Below the pieces are notes generated by a model. It was not told the origin of the DNA, made no database searches, and was given only the letters and a program-made list of their open reading frames with translations. Both the position numbers and the translations under genes were made by a program. This document shows, in pieces, positions 63,071-64,000 of a DNA stretch of 64,000 bases. The DNA is from Chlorokybus atmophyticus (lineage: Eukaryota > Plantae > Mesostigma and Chlorokybus algae): the NCBI GenBank assembly GCA_009103225.1, contig RHPI01002438.1, forward strand, positions 62,001-126,000. Direction: 5' to 3'. Position 1 is the first letter of the stretch. Each line of letters opens with the position of its first letter.

Positions 63071-64000
63071 TCAGCGGTATCTTCCAAGGTCGAAAGTCAG
63101 CGTCTTTGAGCAACTGCACATGGCGCTAGTCAGCATCACGGGGCAACATGTCGACATGCTATATTGCACATCAACACGGCATGCATGGTGCGCACTGCGA
63201 GACATTGCAAGCGGCAATTCTGTGAACCAATTGCAAGAACCATCAAGCCACGTACTTCTGGTCACAATCGCGGTACACGCCAACCAGAGCATCAGCCTTG
63301 TCGTAGAAGTTGTCCTTCAAGGATATGACGACACTCTGAAAGCCTGCACCGTCGTCGTTGCTGTGCGACTTGGTGCGAATGTAGTTTGCAACTTTAGCAA
63401 CATTCTGGTTGTCCAATGCAGCATCAACCTCGTCGAGGACAAAGAACGGGGCTGGCCGGAAACTGTACAAATGTAGCGGCAAGTCAGCTGGCATGACTGA
63501 CAGATGTTCAGACGATCACAATCATGCGACGTTAAAAATTTGTTTTGATGCATGCACTGCGACAGTTGTCAGTAGAATCACACTTTGAGCTGTTGTAAAG
63601 GTCAACTGTGATTGTGGGTCTGCGTGCTGTTTGTTGCGTGTCTGTATATTACATTGACTCATCACCTGTGGATTGCGAATAGCAGTGCCAGAGCAGCAAC
63701 CGTCTTTTCTCCGCCTGAAAGCTGCTCCATGTCTCGAAACCGCTTTGTTGGGGGCATGGCGGTGAATTTGATGCCATGCAGGAACGGTTCATCAGAGTTC
63801 TCAAGGGTGAGGTATGCGGTGCCTCCCATTGGGTGCGTACTGCTTCGCGTCAAGTCTTTGTAGATCTTGTCTATCCTATTGGATACATGCTCAAAGGCAT
63901 CTTTGAAACGCCGATACCTGCAATAAGACTCAGTGTGTGTGTTGCGATACCAACATAGCAAGTGACGCCTACCGCCACCTGCTGTACCTACTACTAACCT
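63071..64000 (-). CDS. SMC1: Cohesin subunit SMC1, 3' exons (63666-63917, 63256-63462, 63071-63113); gene continues beyond the window
   Basis: [75 protein letters not shown]...[31 protein letters not shown]; splice phases consistent. Confidence 0.98.

Overview
Intron-rich eukaryotic genomic DNA, most likely a green alga with a flagellate stage (inferred from plastid-type DUF21/CBS and conserved plastid proteins, a Pollen Ole e1-like domain and a CEP120 centriole gene); standard genetic code. Genes in order: PHD-finger protein (-), OCRL/INPP5B-like inositol 5-phosphatase (+), conserved plastid protein of unknown function (-), SmG (+), large coiled-coil Calx-beta protein (-), CEP120 (+), fucosyltransferase-like GT (-), COQ9 (+), plastid DUF21/CBS/CorC Mg transporter (+), a chimeric secreted heparinase II/III-like lyase (-), a Tos1/DUF2401-2403-like secreted protein with apparent lesions (-), and the 3' end of SMC1 (-). 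Mobile DNA: two related solo LTRs each with its own 5-bp TSD, a 2.07-kb non-autonomous CACTA/CMC-like TIR element in the Tos1-like intron (containing a second foldback repeat block and a tRNA-like Pol III cassette), a decayed Penelope-like RT and an REL-endonuclease LINE fragment. The most notable items are the plant-bacterial mosaic lyase gene and the nested TIR element with a tRNA-derived cassette. All homology calls are from motif recognition by eye; exon boundaries are approximate unless stated.
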